Below are positions 9,726 to 18,967 of a stretch of DNA of 64,000 bases, in pieces. Position 1 is the first letter of the stretch; every line of letters begins with the position of its first letter. Origin of the DNA: Flavonifractor porci (GTDB lineage Bacteria; Bacillota; Clostridia; Oscillospirales; Oscillospiraceae). The position numbers and the translations under genes were made by a program. The stretch lies in contig NZ_JBBHLB010000005.1 in assembly GCF_037572415.1 (NCBI RefSeq), positions 150,050 through 214,049 on the forward strand. The letters run 5' to 3'. Below the pieces are notes generated by a model. It was not told where the DNA came from. It did no database searches and saw nothing but the letters and a program-made list of their open reading frames with translations.

Positions 9726-11237
9726 TTATTCCACAGGCGGCATTCCCGGGCCAATCTCCGGGGTCGGTTCCGGAGCGGGTGTGGCTGCCGGCGTAGGCGC
9801 TGGCGTAGGGGTGGGCACCGGGGTCGCAGACGGCTGAGCGCTTGCCACCGGGGTAGATGTGGGCACCGGGGTTGCCGAGGGCTGAGCACTGGCCGCCGGG
9901 CTGTTACTGGGCTTGGGGGTAGCAGTTACCTCCGGCTTGGGGGTACTGCTGGGCTTGGGGGTGGAGGTGCCGGAACCGCTGGAACTGCTCGAACCAGAGG
10001 AACCGGACGAACTGCCGCCCTGAGGCTTGGCAGCGTAGCTATCCTCCACATATCCTCTGGTGGAGGACAGGGACCCATCATCGTTCACACTCATCAGGTC
10101 CAGCTGATCCAGCCGGATGTCTTCCAAATAGGGATTAAAGTAGGTGTTGATCATCTCCAGGGTCTGATTCTGGATGGGGGTCACATAGGACTGCTTGTTG
10201 CCTACCGTCCGGCTGTATACCCAGGCGCCCTCACAAGGCAGAGTCATGAAGTTGACGTTCTCCATGCTCAGCCCGCCCAGAATGGCCTCCTGGGCAAACC
10301 AGGCCAGGTTATTCACGGTAAGGGTACCGCGGGTATCCACATTGTTAAAAAAGATCTGGGCCAGGGCGGGGATCTTGTCCACAGTCAGGTTGTTCAGACA
10401 GGTCTCGATGACCGCTTTCAGGAAATCCTGCTGGGTCTGAATGCGGCCCAGATCGCCGGAGGGATAGCCGCCGTAGACGATCAGCTTGCCGTTTTCAATC
10501 TTGTTGTTCTTCCGCCAGCGCAGCAGCTGCATGGCCTCGTCACCGTCGATCTCCTGGGGACCGGCTTTCAGATGGATGTAGAGATCCTGAGTGCCGTCAT
10601 CATAATTCATATCATAGGGCACGTCAAACCACACCGGCCCGATGGCGTCCACCAACTCGCCCACAGCCTCCCATTCCACCACCATGGTGAAGTCGGGCTG
10701 GAATCCGATGAGGTAGGAGATCTCCTCCTTCAAATAGTCGATGCCGTCCTTGTCATACTTGGGAGCCCAGTTGTAGACGGAATTGATCTTCTTCACGTCC
10801 CAGGGCACATTGACCATGGTATCACGGGGAATATTCAGCACATTGAGCTGCTGGTTGGGAATGTCGTAGGACATGACCATAATGGTGTCGGTGTTGCCGC
10901 CGCCGCCGGTATCCCGTCCCACCACCAGGAAGGTGTAGAACTCCTCCTTCCGGTCGCCGGACAGTTTGGGTCCCGTCATCTCCATTCCGGCAGAGGCCTG
11001 AGCGTCGGGCGGGGTCACACTGGGAATCTGCGGCTTGACCACCAGGAGTTTATAAGCGACGAACAAAACCACAATCAGTGCAGCGATGACCGTCAATACA
11101 ATAAAGAAAATGCGCAGCGCCTTTTCCTTTGGGGAGCGCTGGGGCTTCGGCTTTTTCTGCTTGGGGGCTTTGGGCGGCTTTTGCTCTTTCGCGAGCCGGG
11201 CGCCGCCGCGGCTGTTCTTTTTCTCTTCCGGGTTCAT
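9726..11237 (-). CDS. LCP (LytR-CpsA-Psr) family cell-envelope phosphotransferase with Pro/Thr/Ser-rich tail
   Basis: N-terminal TM followed by FLVVGRDTGGGGNTDTIMVMSYD...LNIPRDT, the LCP core. The C-terminus carries a PT-rich tandem repeat (ASAQPSATPVPT, two copies). Confidence 0.85.
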   Translation of the reverse strand: MNPEEKKNSRGGARLAKEQKPPKAPKQKKPKPQRSPKEKALRIFFIVLTVIAALIVVLFVAYKLLVVKPQIPSVTPPDAQASAGMEMTGPKLSGDRKEEFYTFLVVGRDTGGGGNTDTIMVMSYDIPNQQLNVLNIPRDTMVNVPWDVKKINSVYNWAPKYDKDGIDYLKEEISYLIGFQPDFTMVVEWEAVGELVDAIGPVWFDVPYDMNYDDGTQDLYIHLKAGPQEIDGDEAMQLLRWRKNNKIENGKLIVYGGYPSGDLGRIQTQQDFLKAVIETCLNNLTVDKIPALAQIFFNNVDTRGTLTVNNLAWFAQEAILGGLSMENVNFMTLPCEGAWVYSRTVGNKQSYVTPIQNQTLEMINTYFNPYLEDIRLDQLDLMSVNDDGSLSSTRGYVEDSYAAKPQGGSSSGSSGSSSSSGSGTSTPKPSSTPKPEVTATPKPSNSPAASAQPSATPVPTSTPVASAQPSATPVPTPTPAPTPAATPAPEPTPEIGPGMPPVE

Positions 11238-11238
11238 C

Positions 11239-12447
11239 TCAAGGTTCCTTTCTGCTGGATTTGCTCCTCAGCCAGTCCCTGGCCTGCAGCGTGTTGCCGT
11301 GGACCGGCAGGCCCCGGTCCTTCATCTCCTGAATACTCATCTCGCAGCCCAGCAGCACGGCCTGGTCCAGATCCTCATAGGCCAGCTTCCGCAGCTTATC
11401 CACACCGGGGAAATCCCGGTTGGGCTCCATGTAGTCGGCAATGTACAGAATCTTCTCCAGCAGCGTCATATCCGCTTTGCCGGTGGTATGCCAGAAAATC
11501 GCATTGTAAATATCGTCGCTCACTCCATACACATCCCGGGCCACACACGCCCCGGTTTTGGAATGGAGCAGCTTGACAGCACGCTGTTCCAAATCATCCA
11601 GTACGATACCATATTTATGGCATAATTGCAACTGCTCGTCCATCTCCAGATATTTTGTAATATCATGGAGGATACCCGCCCGGCGGGCCTTTTCTTCGTC
11701 GGCGCCCCAGCGGCGGGCCAGACGCACCGCCTCTTCTTCGGTGCCCCGAATGTGGGCGATCCGCTTGGCCCGGATCATGGAGCAGGCGCAGGCCCGCAGT
11801 TCCCGGTCAGGCAGCTGCTTGAGGTCATAGTGAACACCGTAGAGTCCGTGACGGATGATATATCCATATACCGCCGGAGACAGATACTCCTGTCCCTCTC
11901 CCCGGGCCAACAGTTCCCGCAGCTGGGTGGAGGATACGTCTACAATATGGGGCAGCTGGAGCACACAGGTCTTGGCTCCAAGGGTCTTTTGCAGATACTC
12001 CGCCTGGATGTTCAGTGCCTCGCCACTGTCGCTCTGGGTACGGGCAAAGGTACATACCCCCGCCAGGCGGGTGATCCGCTCCGGCTCCCGCCAGTTCTGC
12101 AGGGTAAGAAACATATCGGTACCCATCATCAACCACAGTTCCGCGTCGGGATGCTGTGCGTGGAGCTGCTCCAGGGTATCGGCCGTATAACTCTTCCCGG
12201 GCCGGGTCAACTCCAGATCACTCACCCCGATCTGGTCAGGCAGCAGCAGGCTGTCTGCTGCCAACTCCACCATAGCCAGCCGTTCCCGGGGGCCGGGGCT
12301 GCCCTCAGGCAGTTGCTTGTGGGGCGGCAGCGCCGCTGGAACAAACTGTAAACGGTCCAGTCCCAGCACGTCCATTGCCGCCTGAGCCGAGGTCAAATGC
12401 CCCAAATGGGGTGGATTGAAGGTCCCGCCATAGATGCCCAGCTTCAT
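11239..12447 (-). CDS. nadD: fused nicotinate-nucleotide adenylyltransferase (NadD) and HD-domain Ap4A hydrolase (YqeK)
   Basis: N-terminal half has GIYGGTFNPPHLGHL (NadD). C-terminal half has the HD-domain pattern (ILHDITK, HSKTGA, FWHTTG) of YqeK. One uninterrupted ORF. Spacing from the GAGGGGGG RBS favours the ATG at 12447. Confidence 0.85.
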   Translation of the reverse strand: MKLGIYGGTFNPPHLGHLTSAQAAMDVLGLDRLQFVPAALPPHKQLPEGSPGPRERLAMVELAADSLLLPDQIGVSDLELTRPGKSYTADTLEQLHAQHPDAELWLMMGTDMFLTLQNWREPERITRLAGVCTFARTQSDSGEALNIQAEYLQKTLGAKTCVLQLPHIVDVSSTQLRELLARGEGQEYLSPAVYGYIIRHGLYGVHYDLKQLPDRELRACACSMIRAKRIAHIRGTEEEAVRLARRWGADEEKARRAGILHDITKYLEMDEQLQLCHKYGIVLDDLEQRAVKLLHSKTGACVARDVYGVSDDIYNAIFWHTTGKADMTLLEKILYIADYMEPNRDFPGVDKLRKLAYEDLDQAVLLGCEMSIQEMKDRGLPVHGNTLQARDWLRSKSSRKEP

Positions 12448-12467
12448 GACCATGCCCCCCTCGTTTA

Positions 12468-12791
12468 TTATGCTTTGCGCTTTTTGTCCGATACCAGAAT
12501 GATCTTGTCTTTCTTATCCTTTTTGTGGGTTGGACGATACAGAACAAATTTTGTTCCGATCACCTGCACCACATCGCTGCGGGTAACAGCGGCCAGTTCC
12601 TCCGCCGCCTCCCGGCTGGTGAGCATACAATTCTCCAGCACTTTGCCCTTGATGAGTTCCCGGGCCTCCAGCGCGTCGTCAGCCTGCTTCACCAGGTTGT
12701 CGCCGATGCCGTCCTTGCCTATGTGCAGGATGGTGTCAATGCTGTTGGCCAGGCCCCGCAGCTGGGCCCGCTGTTTACTTGTCAATTCCAT
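12468..12791 (-). CDS. yhbY: YhbY/CRM-domain RNA-binding protein (ribosome assembly)
   Basis: LTSKQRAQLRGLANSIDTILHIGKDGI...GKVLENC matches the CRS1/YhbY family pattern. Confidence 0.85.
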   Translation of the reverse strand: MELTSKQRAQLRGLANSIDTILHIGKDGIGDNLVKQADDALEARELIKGKVLENCMLTSREAAEELAAVTRSDVVQVIGTKFVLYRPTHKKDKKDKIILVSDKKRKA

Positions 12792-13374
12792 TCAGATAAT
12801 TCTCCAATTCTGTTTTAAATTTATTCAGTGCATTTCCCCGGTGGGAAATGGCATTCTTCTCTTCTGCGGTCAGTTCCGCAAAGGTCTTTTTCAGTCCCGG
12901 GATAAAGAACACCGGGTCGTAGCCGAAACCGCCCTCGCCCTTGGGGGCGTAGGCGATGGTGCCGGTGCACTCTCCTCTGGCCTCCACCTTGTCCCCATTG
13001 GGGAAGCAGCAGCAGATGGCGGAGACAAATTTGCCCCGCCGGTCCAGCTGGCCCCGCAGATTCTCCAGCAGCAGCTTGTACCGCCCCACGTCGTCCAGCT
13101 CGGGACCGCCGTAGCGGGCGGAGTACACGCCGGGGGCACCACCCAGAGCGTCCACACACAGGCCGGAGTCGTCGGCAATGGCGGGCAGGCCGGAGGCCTC
13201 ACATACCGCATGGGCCTTCAGCCAGGCATTCTCCTCAAAGGTAGTGCCCGTCTCCTCCACATCCACGTCCACGCCCACTTCGGACTCCAGCACCACGTCC
13301 ACCCCCAGCTGGGAGAGGATGGTCTTCATTTCCACCAGCTTGTGGGCGTTCTTGCTGGCCAATACCATTTTCAT
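12775..13374 (-). CDS. rdgB: dITP/XTP pyrophosphatase (RdgB/HAM1)
   Basis: ASKNAHKLVEMKTIL, ETGTTFEENA, ADDSGLCVDALGGAPGVYSARY and GFGYDPVF motifs. Confidence 0.9.
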   Translation of the reverse strand: MKMVLASKNAHKLVEMKTILSQLGVDVVLESEVGVDVDVEETGTTFEENAWLKAHAVCEASGLPAIADDSGLCVDALGGAPGVYSARYGGPELDDVGRYKLLLENLRGQLDRRGKFVSAICCCFPNGDKVEARGECTGTIAYAPKGEGGFGYDPVFFIPGLKKTFAELTAEEKNAISHRGNALNKFKTELENYLNGIDK

Positions 13375-13377
13375 GTC

Positions 13378-14079
13378 TCAGCCCTCCAGTACGTTTTTCT
13401 GGATGGTCTGGAGCTGGGCGATGCCCTTGGCGCACAGATCCACCAGAGCCCGCTGCTCCTCCAGCGTGAAGGCCCGGCCCTCGCCGGTCCCCTGGAGCTC
13501 CACCAGTCTGCCGTCCCCAGTCATCACGCAGTTCAGATCCACCTGAGCGGAGGAGTCCTCCTCATAGCACAGGTCCAGCAGCAGCTGGTCATCCACAATG
13601 CCGGCGGACACCGCAGCCACCTGATCCACCAGAGCGTCAGCAGCACCCACCTTCTTCAGTGCCAGGGCCAGGGCCACATAGCCGCCGGTGACGCTGGCGG
13701 TACGGGTGCCGCCATCCCCCTGGAGCACGTCGCAGTCGATGGTTACAGAGCGCTCACCCAGCTTTTTCATATCCACGCAGGCACGGAGGGACCGGCCCAC
13801 CAGCCGCTGGATCTCCGCCGAGCGGGGAGACAGCTTCAGCTTGGACACGTCCCGCTTGGACCGCTCCCGGTTAGCCCGGGGCAGCATGGAGTACTCGGCG
13901 GTGACCCAGCCCTCCCCCTCGGGAACGTGGGGCGGAGTGCGCTCCTCCACGCTGGCGCAGCACAGCACCTGGGTGTTGCCGCAGCGAATGAGGCAGGAAC
14001 CCTCGGCAAATCTGTTGAAATTAGGAATGATCTCTACAGGCCGCAGCTGGTCCGCCGCCCGTCCGTCAATTCTGGCCAT
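13378..14079 (-). CDS. rph: ribonuclease PH
   Basis: RIDGRAADQLRPV...AEGSCLIRCGNTQVLC...LQGDGGTR motifs; 233 aa. Confidence 0.95.
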   Translation of the reverse strand: MARIDGRAADQLRPVEIIPNFNRFAEGSCLIRCGNTQVLCCASVEERTPPHVPEGEGWVTAEYSMLPRANRERSKRDVSKLKLSPRSAEIQRLVGRSLRACVDMKKLGERSVTIDCDVLQGDGGTRTASVTGGYVALALALKKVGAADALVDQVAAVSAGIVDDQLLLDLCYEEDSSAQVDLNCVMTGDGRLVELQGTGEGRAFTLEEQRALVDLCAKGIAQLQTIQKNVLEG

Positions 14080-14094
14080 ATCAGATAACCTCCC

Positions 14095-14994
14095 TTAAAT
14101 CAGCGCTTCCACAAAGGCCTCCGCTTCAAAGGGCATCAGATCGTCAATGCCCTCGCCTACGCCGATGTACTTCACCGGCACCTGGAGCTCCTGAGCGATG
14201 GCGATGACGATGCCGCCCTTGGCGGAGCCGTCCAGCTTGGTGAGGACGATACCGGTGATACCGGCAGCCTCCTTGAACTGCTTGGCCTGGATCAGGCCGT
14301 TCTGGCCGGTGGTGGCGTCCAGCACCAGCAGAGTCTCCCGGTCGCAGCCGGGCAGCTCCCGGTCCACCACCCGGGAGATCTTGTTGAGCTCGTTCATCAG
14401 GTTCTGCTTGTTGTGCAGCCGGCCGGCGGTGTCGATGAGGATGACATTGGTGCCTCTGGCCTTGGCGGCGGTGAGCGCGTCAAAGACCACGGCGGCGGGG
14501 TCGGCCCCCTCATGCTGGCGGACGATCTCCACCCCGGAGCGCTGGCTCCAGATCTCCAGCTGGTCGGCGGCGGCGGCCCGGAAGGTGTCGGCAGCAGCCA
14601 TCAGCACCCGCCTGCCCTCCCCCTTCATTTTGGCGGCCAGCTTGCCGATGGTGGTGGTCTTGCCCACGCCGTTCACACCGATGAACAGGGCCACCGAGGG
14701 GGTGGTGGTGAGGTGGAGCTCCGGCTCGCCCACCTGGAGCATCTCGGTGAGCACCCGCCGCAGGCAGGCCCGGGCGGAGTCCATATCCTTGATTTTCTCC
14801 TCCTTCACCCGGCGGCGCAGCTCTTCCACCGCCTTCAGGGTGGTGTCCACGCCCATGTCGCCCAGGATCAGGGTCTCCTCCAGCTCGTCGTAGAAGTCGT
14901 CGTTGAGCTCACCGGCAAACAGCTGGTCGATGGAGTGCCCGATGTTCTCCTTGGTGCGGGTCAAACCCGCCTTGATCTTTGCAAAAAAGCCCAT
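14095..14994 (-). CDS. ftsY: signal recognition particle receptor
   Basis: Internal ATG at 14994 (MGFFAKIKAGLTRTKE). SRP GTPase motifs GVNGVGKTTT, DTAGR and TKLDG. The upstream part of the track ORF covers repeat DNA. Confidence 0.95.
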   Translation of the reverse strand: MGFFAKIKAGLTRTKENIGHSIDQLFAGELNDDFYDELEETLILGDMGVDTTLKAVEELRRRVKEEKIKDMDSARACLRRVLTEMLQVGEPELHLTTTPSVALFIGVNGVGKTTTIGKLAAKMKGEGRRVLMAAADTFRAAAADQLEIWSQRSGVEIVRQHEGADPAAVVFDALTAAKARGTNVILIDTAGRLHNKQNLMNELNKISRVVDRELPGCDRETLLVLDATTGQNGLIQAKQFKEAAGITGIVLTKLDGSAKGGIVIAIAQELQVPVKYIGVGEGIDDLMPFEAEAFVEALI

Positions 14995-15035
14995 ATTGAT
15001 TTTGGTTCCTTTCGGTTGTTGATAAAACTGCCGCC

Positions 15036-15095
15036 TTATTTGATATGCAGTTCTTTTTCCACATCGTTCAGGTTGATGGTGAGCATCCGGCTGAT
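15036..15095 (-). pseudogene. orphan second copy of the smc 3' terminus (19 codons plus stop)
   Basis: Encodes ISRMLTINLNDVEKELHIK* against VSRMLTINLNDVEKELHIK* for the functional end at 15258-15317. There are 8 nt differences: 6 synonymous, 1 Val/Ile and 1 TGA/TAA. Confidence 0.85.
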
Positions 15096-15257
15096 CCCCC
15101 GCCCAGCCAAGGCTGGGCGGGGACCCCTTGATTTTACTCAAATCGCCGGAAATGAATCCCGGCGATTTCAAGGTTTTTCCCCAGGGCAAAACACTTGACG
15201 GCGCAAGCGCCGCCCCGCCTTCGGCGGGTGGGCGTCAGCCACCAACCCGTAAAGATA
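15096..15257 (-). repeat. multi-hairpin repeat element, copy 1 (3' of smc)
   Basis: Shares the conserved core with copies at 21858-22005, 42821-42940 and 47183-47332 (GGGGTCCCC, a TTCAT-loop hairpin, a GTTTT/AAAAC hairpin). It contains GGGCGTCAGCC (15230-15240), the reverse complement of smc 15311-15321. Confidence 0.85.
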
Positions 15258-18200
15258 TCACTTAATGTGCAGTTCTTTCTCCACATCGTTCAGGTTGATA
15301 GTCAGCATCCGGCTGACGCCCTGCTCCTGCATGGTGACGCCATAGAGGACATCCGCTTCCTCCATGGTACCGCGGCGGTGGGTGATGACGATAAACTGAG
15401 TCTTGTCCGCCATCTGCCGCATATAGTGGGCAAAGCGCACCACGTTGGCGTCGTCCAGGGCGGCCTCGATCTCGTCCATCACTACAAAGGGAGTGGGCCG
15501 CACCTTCAGAATGGCAAAATAGAGGGCGATGGCCACGAAGGCCTTCTCGCCGCCGGACAGCAGGGAGAGCACCTTCAGCGCCTTGCCGGGGGGCTGCACC
15601 TTGATCTCGATGCCGCAGTTGAGGATATCATTGGGGTCCTCCAGCTCCAGAGTGGCCTTACCGCCCTGGAACAGCTCCGTAAAGGTCTGCTGGAAAGACT
15701 CGTTGAGCACGGCAAACTGCTTGGCAAAGATAGCGCGCATCTCCTCCGTGATATCGGCGATGATGCCCTCCAGCTCCTTTTTGGACTTCTGCACATCGTC
15801 CCGCTGGTCGGTGAGGTAGGTATAGCGCTCGTTGATACGCTGGAACTCGTCGATGGCGTCCAGGTTGATGTTGCCCAGAGAGGAAATGGACTTTTTCAGC
15901 TCTCCCACCCGGCGCTGGGCCTTGGGGACGCTCTCCAGCTCCACCCGCTGGGCCATGGCCGCCTGGTGGGACAGCTCGTAGGTCTCCCACAGCTTCTCCA
16001 GCAGGTTCTTCTCCTCCATGGCGGCGGCAGCCTTCTTCTGCTCCAGCACCGACACCTCCCGCTCCAGGTTGAGCAGGGCGCTGTTCTTGTCCCGGGCATC
16101 CTTGTCTGCCTGGTTGCGCTGGGCCTCCAGGGCCAGTTTCTCGTCGTTGATGCGGCTGATGGCGGCCTGGCGGTCCTGGTTTTCCAGTCGGATGTCCTGG
16201 AGCTGACGCTCCTTCTCCGCAATCTCCCGCTCCAGATCGGCGTTCTTCTCCTGGAACTGGGTAAGCATCCGCTCTCGCTCGGCCTTGTCGCCGGTCAGAT
16301 CCCGGCGCAGCTCTTCCAGTTCGGTCATGGACTTCCGGGCGGCCTGGGCCTCCGCCTCCAGGGCGGCCAGACGCATATTCAGTTCGGCAATGGCCTCGCC
16401 CAAAGCCGTAGCCTTCTCCTGGGCTTCGCTCTGGCCTCTGGCCTTACCCTCCGCCTCGGCCCGCAGGGCGGCGGCGGCTCCCTCCAGGGACTCCACCCGG
16501 GCGCGGGCGGCACGGGTATCCGCCTCGATCTGGGCAGAACGTGCCTGGAGCTGTTCCAGCTCACTCTTCTGGTCGGCACGCTGCTTCTTCAAATCGGCCA
16601 GCTGGGTATCCAAATGGCCCAGGCGCTCCTCCAGCTTAAGGATGTCGTCCTCATGGCGGCGCTGCTGGGCCTGAGCCGTCTCCATCTCGTAGGCGGCGGC
16701 GGTAGCCTCCCGCTTGGCCTCCTCCATGACGTGGGCCGCGTCGGCCAGCTGCTGGGCCACGCCGGTGCGCTGCTGAGCCAGCCGCTCCAACTCGTTGGCC
16801 CGGCTCAGAATGCCCGCGCTGCGGGACGCCGAACCGCCGGTCATGGAACCGCCGGGGTTGAGCACCTGGCCGTCCAGAGTGACGATCTTAAAGCGGTAGT
16901 TGTATTTGCGGGCCATGGCAATGGCCTTGTCCATATCCTCGGCCACCACGGTGCGGCCCAGCAGGTTGGAAAAGATCTTCTCATACCGGGGATCGAACTG
17001 GATGAGTTCGTTGCCCAGGCCTACAAAGCCGGGTTCCCTGCGCACGCCCTGATCCCGGAAGTCGGAGGGCCGCATGGAGGTCACGGGCAGGAAGGTGCTC
17101 CGGCCGCCGTCCCGGCGCTTCAGGTACTGAATGGCGGCCTTGCCGTCCTCCTCCCGCTCCACCACAATATGCTGCATGGCGCCCCCCAGGGCGATCTCGA
17201 TGGCTACCGTACAGGCGTCAGGCACATGGATGAGTCCGGCTACCGGGCCGTGGATGCCCCGAAGCTGGCCCTTCTTGGCCTCCCCCATCACCAGCTTTAC
17301 CGCTTTGGAGTAGCCCTCATACATCTTTTCCATCTCGGAGAGCATATGGATGCGGGAGTTCAGGGCGTTGTCCTCCATCTGGAGTTTGACGTGGCGCTCC
17401 TCCGCTTCCCTGGCCTTCCGCTGCCGGGTCTCCAGCCGCAGGGCGTAACCGCTGATGATGTTCTGTAAGCTGTCCCGGTCCTCCCTGGCCTGGTCCAGCT
17501 CCTGGGCGGCCTGACGGCGGGTCTCCTCCGCCTCATGGAGCCGCTCCTCACCGGAAGCCAGCTCCTGACGCATGGCCTCGTCCCGGTCCAACACCTCCTG
17601 GGCGGCAGCGGCCAGGGCGGAAATGAGGGCCTTGGCGTCGGCGGCGGAGGCGTTCTCCACCGCCTCCTTCCGGCGCAGGTCCTCCAGCTCCTGGGCAATG
17701 GCCCCGGCGGAGCGGCTGGCGGAGGCAGCCTCATTCTGGCGGTCAGCCAGCTGCTGCCGCAGGCCGGCGGTCTGGCCTTCCAGCTCCTCCAGCCGGGTCT
17801 TGCGCTCCCCGATCTGGGCGGCGATGGAGTCAGCCCGGCCCTCCTGCTGCTCCAGCTCCCGCTGGATGCGGTCCCGGTTCTCCAGGTTGTTCTGAATATT
17901 GGTTTTGAGGACGGCGATAGCGTTTTCCAGGCTGTTGGCATCGGCCTCCCGCTGCATCATTTGGAAGCGGACGCCCTCGGTCTCCACGTCCTTGTCCCGC
18001 ATCTGAGCGGAGAATGCCTCAGCGGCGGCGTACAGGTCCTCCACCTGCTGCTGGACCTCCCCCTTCTGACGGAGGGCATTCTCGTAGTCGGACAGGGTCT
18101 TGCGGGACCCGGAACGAATCTTCTCCAGCTGGTCCAGCCACAGGGAAATCTCCAGCCCACGCAGCTCGTCCCGCAGGATGAGGAACTTCCTGGCCTTCTC

Positions 18201-18827
18201 GCTCTGCTGGCGGAGAGGTTCTACCTGGAACTCCAGCTCATCGATCTTGTCGGTGATACGCACCAGGTTCTCCTGCGTGCGCTCCAGCTTGCGCTCGGCC
18301 TCCTCCTTCCGGTGGCGGAAGCGGGAGATACCGGCGGCCTCCTCAAAAATCTCCCGGCGATCGCCGCTCTTCACCGACAGGATCTCGTCGATACGGCCCT
18401 GACCGATGATGGAATAGCCCTCCCGGCCCAGGCCGGTGTCCATGAACAGCTCGTTCACGTCCTTCAGGCGGACGGAACGGCGGTTGATGTAGTACTCACT
18501 CTCGCCGGAGCGGTAGTACCGGCGGGTGACCATGACCTCGCTCTCCTCCAGCGGGAAGATGTGGTCGGTATTGTCCAGCACCAGGGACACCTCGGCAAAG
18601 CCCTGCTGCTTGCGCAGGGCGGTACCGCCGAAGATCACATCCTCCATCTTACCGCCACGGAGGGCCTTGGTGGACTGCTCCCCCATGACCCAGCGGATGG
18701 CGTCGGAGATATTCGATTTTCCGCTGCCGTTGGGACCAACGATAGCGGTGATGTCCTCCCCGAAGGAGAGGACCGTTTTATCCGGGAATGATTTGAATCC
18801 CTGGATCTCCAGCGCTTTTAAATACAA
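15258..18827 (-). CDS. smc: chromosome segregation protein SMC
   Basis: N-terminal LKALEIQGFKSF...GPNGSGKSN, a long coiled coil, a hinge, and C-terminal LSGGEKA...DEIEAALD. The TTG at 18827 with a GAGGTG RBS is favoured; the track start at 18845 is the alternative. Confidence 0.95.
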   Translation of the reverse strand: MYLKALEIQGFKSFPDKTVLSFGEDITAIVGPNGSGKSNISDAIRWVMGEQSTKALRGGKMEDVIFGGTALRKQQGFAEVSLVLDNTDHIFPLEESEVMVTRRYYRSGESEYYINRRSVRLKDVNELFMDTGLGREGYSIIGQGRIDEILSVKSGDRREIFEEAAGISRFRHRKEEAERKLERTQENLVRITDKIDELEFQVEPLRQQSEKARKFLILRDELRGLEISLWLDQLEKIRSGSRKTLSDYENALRQKGEVQQQVEDLYAAAEAFSAQMRDKDVETEGVRFQMMQREADANSLENAIAVLKTNIQNNLENRDRIQRELEQQEGRADSIAAQIGERKTRLEELEGQTAGLRQQLADRQNEAASASRSAGAIAQELEDLRRKEAVENASAADAKALISALAAAAQEVLDRDEAMRQELASGEERLHEAEETRRQAAQELDQAREDRDSLQNIISGYALRLETRQRKAREAEERHVKLQMEDNALNSRIHMLSEMEKMYEGYSKAVKLVMGEAKKGQLRGIHGPVAGLIHVPDACTVAIEIALGGAMQHIVVEREEDGKAAIQYLKRRDGGRSTFLPVTSMRPSDFRDQGVRREPGFVGLGNELIQFDPRYEKIFSNLLGRTVVAEDMDKAIAMARKYNYRFKIVTLDGQVLNPGGSMTGGSASRSAGILSRANELERLAQQRTGVAQQLADAAHVMEEAKREATAAAYEMETAQAQQRRHEDDILKLEERLGHLDTQLADLKKQRADQKSELEQLQARSAQIEADTRAARARVESLEGAAAALRAEAEGKARGQSEAQEKATALGEAIAELNMRLAALEAEAQAARKSMTELEELRRDLTGDKAERERMLTQFQEKNADLEREIAEKERQLQDIRLENQDRQAAISRINDEKLALEAQRNQADKDARDKNSALLNLEREVSVLEQKKAAAAMEEKNLLEKLWETYELSHQAAMAQRVELESVPKAQRRVGELKKSISSLGNINLDAIDEFQRINERYTYLTDQRDDVQKSKKELEGIIADITEEMRAIFAKQFAVLNESFQQTFTELFQGGKATLELEDPNDILNCGIEIKVQPPGKALKVLSLLSGGEKAFVAIALYFAILKVRPTPFVVMDEIEAALDDANVVRFAHYMRQMADKTQFIVITHRRGTMEEADVLYGVTMQEQGVSRMLTINLNDVEKELHIK

Positions 18828-18967
18828 GGCGGCACCTCGCAACACATATACTTCTGAATAAAGTATTATATCAAGGAATGGAGGCTATTGCAAATCCTTT
18901 TGCCCCCGAAACACATAAAACAGGACTGCGGATGATCCGCAGTCCTGTTTCTTTCCAGTTGATGCCC

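Noticed and set aside
9800-9900. About 48-nt tandem repeat
   Set aside because: It encodes the duplicated ASAQPSATPVPT segment of the LCP protein's Pro/Thr-rich tail, so it is coding low-complexity sequence.
14995-15189. N-terminal 65-codon extension of ftsY in the ORF track. Similar extensions occur for ackA, gdhA, rnfC/D/G, apbE, the response regulator, the kinase, vWA, the zinc-ribbon protein, the methyltransferase and the thioredoxin-like protein.
   Set aside because: The extensions lack an RBS, run through intergenic repeats or upstream genes, and are non-homologous to the families. Internal starts with Shine-Dalgarno sequences give family-typical N-termini.
15036-15321. Diversity-generating retroelement (VR/TR) explanation for the duplicated gene ends
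   Set aside because: Differences between the copies are not adenine-specific (C/G, T/C and G/A changes are all present). No reverse transcriptase is nearby, and the targets are housekeeping gene termini.
15195-18791. 757-aa and 418-aa plus-strand ORFs
   Set aside because: They are antisense to smc, with Leu/Gly/Gln-rich mirror translations of a coiled-coil gene and no motif support.
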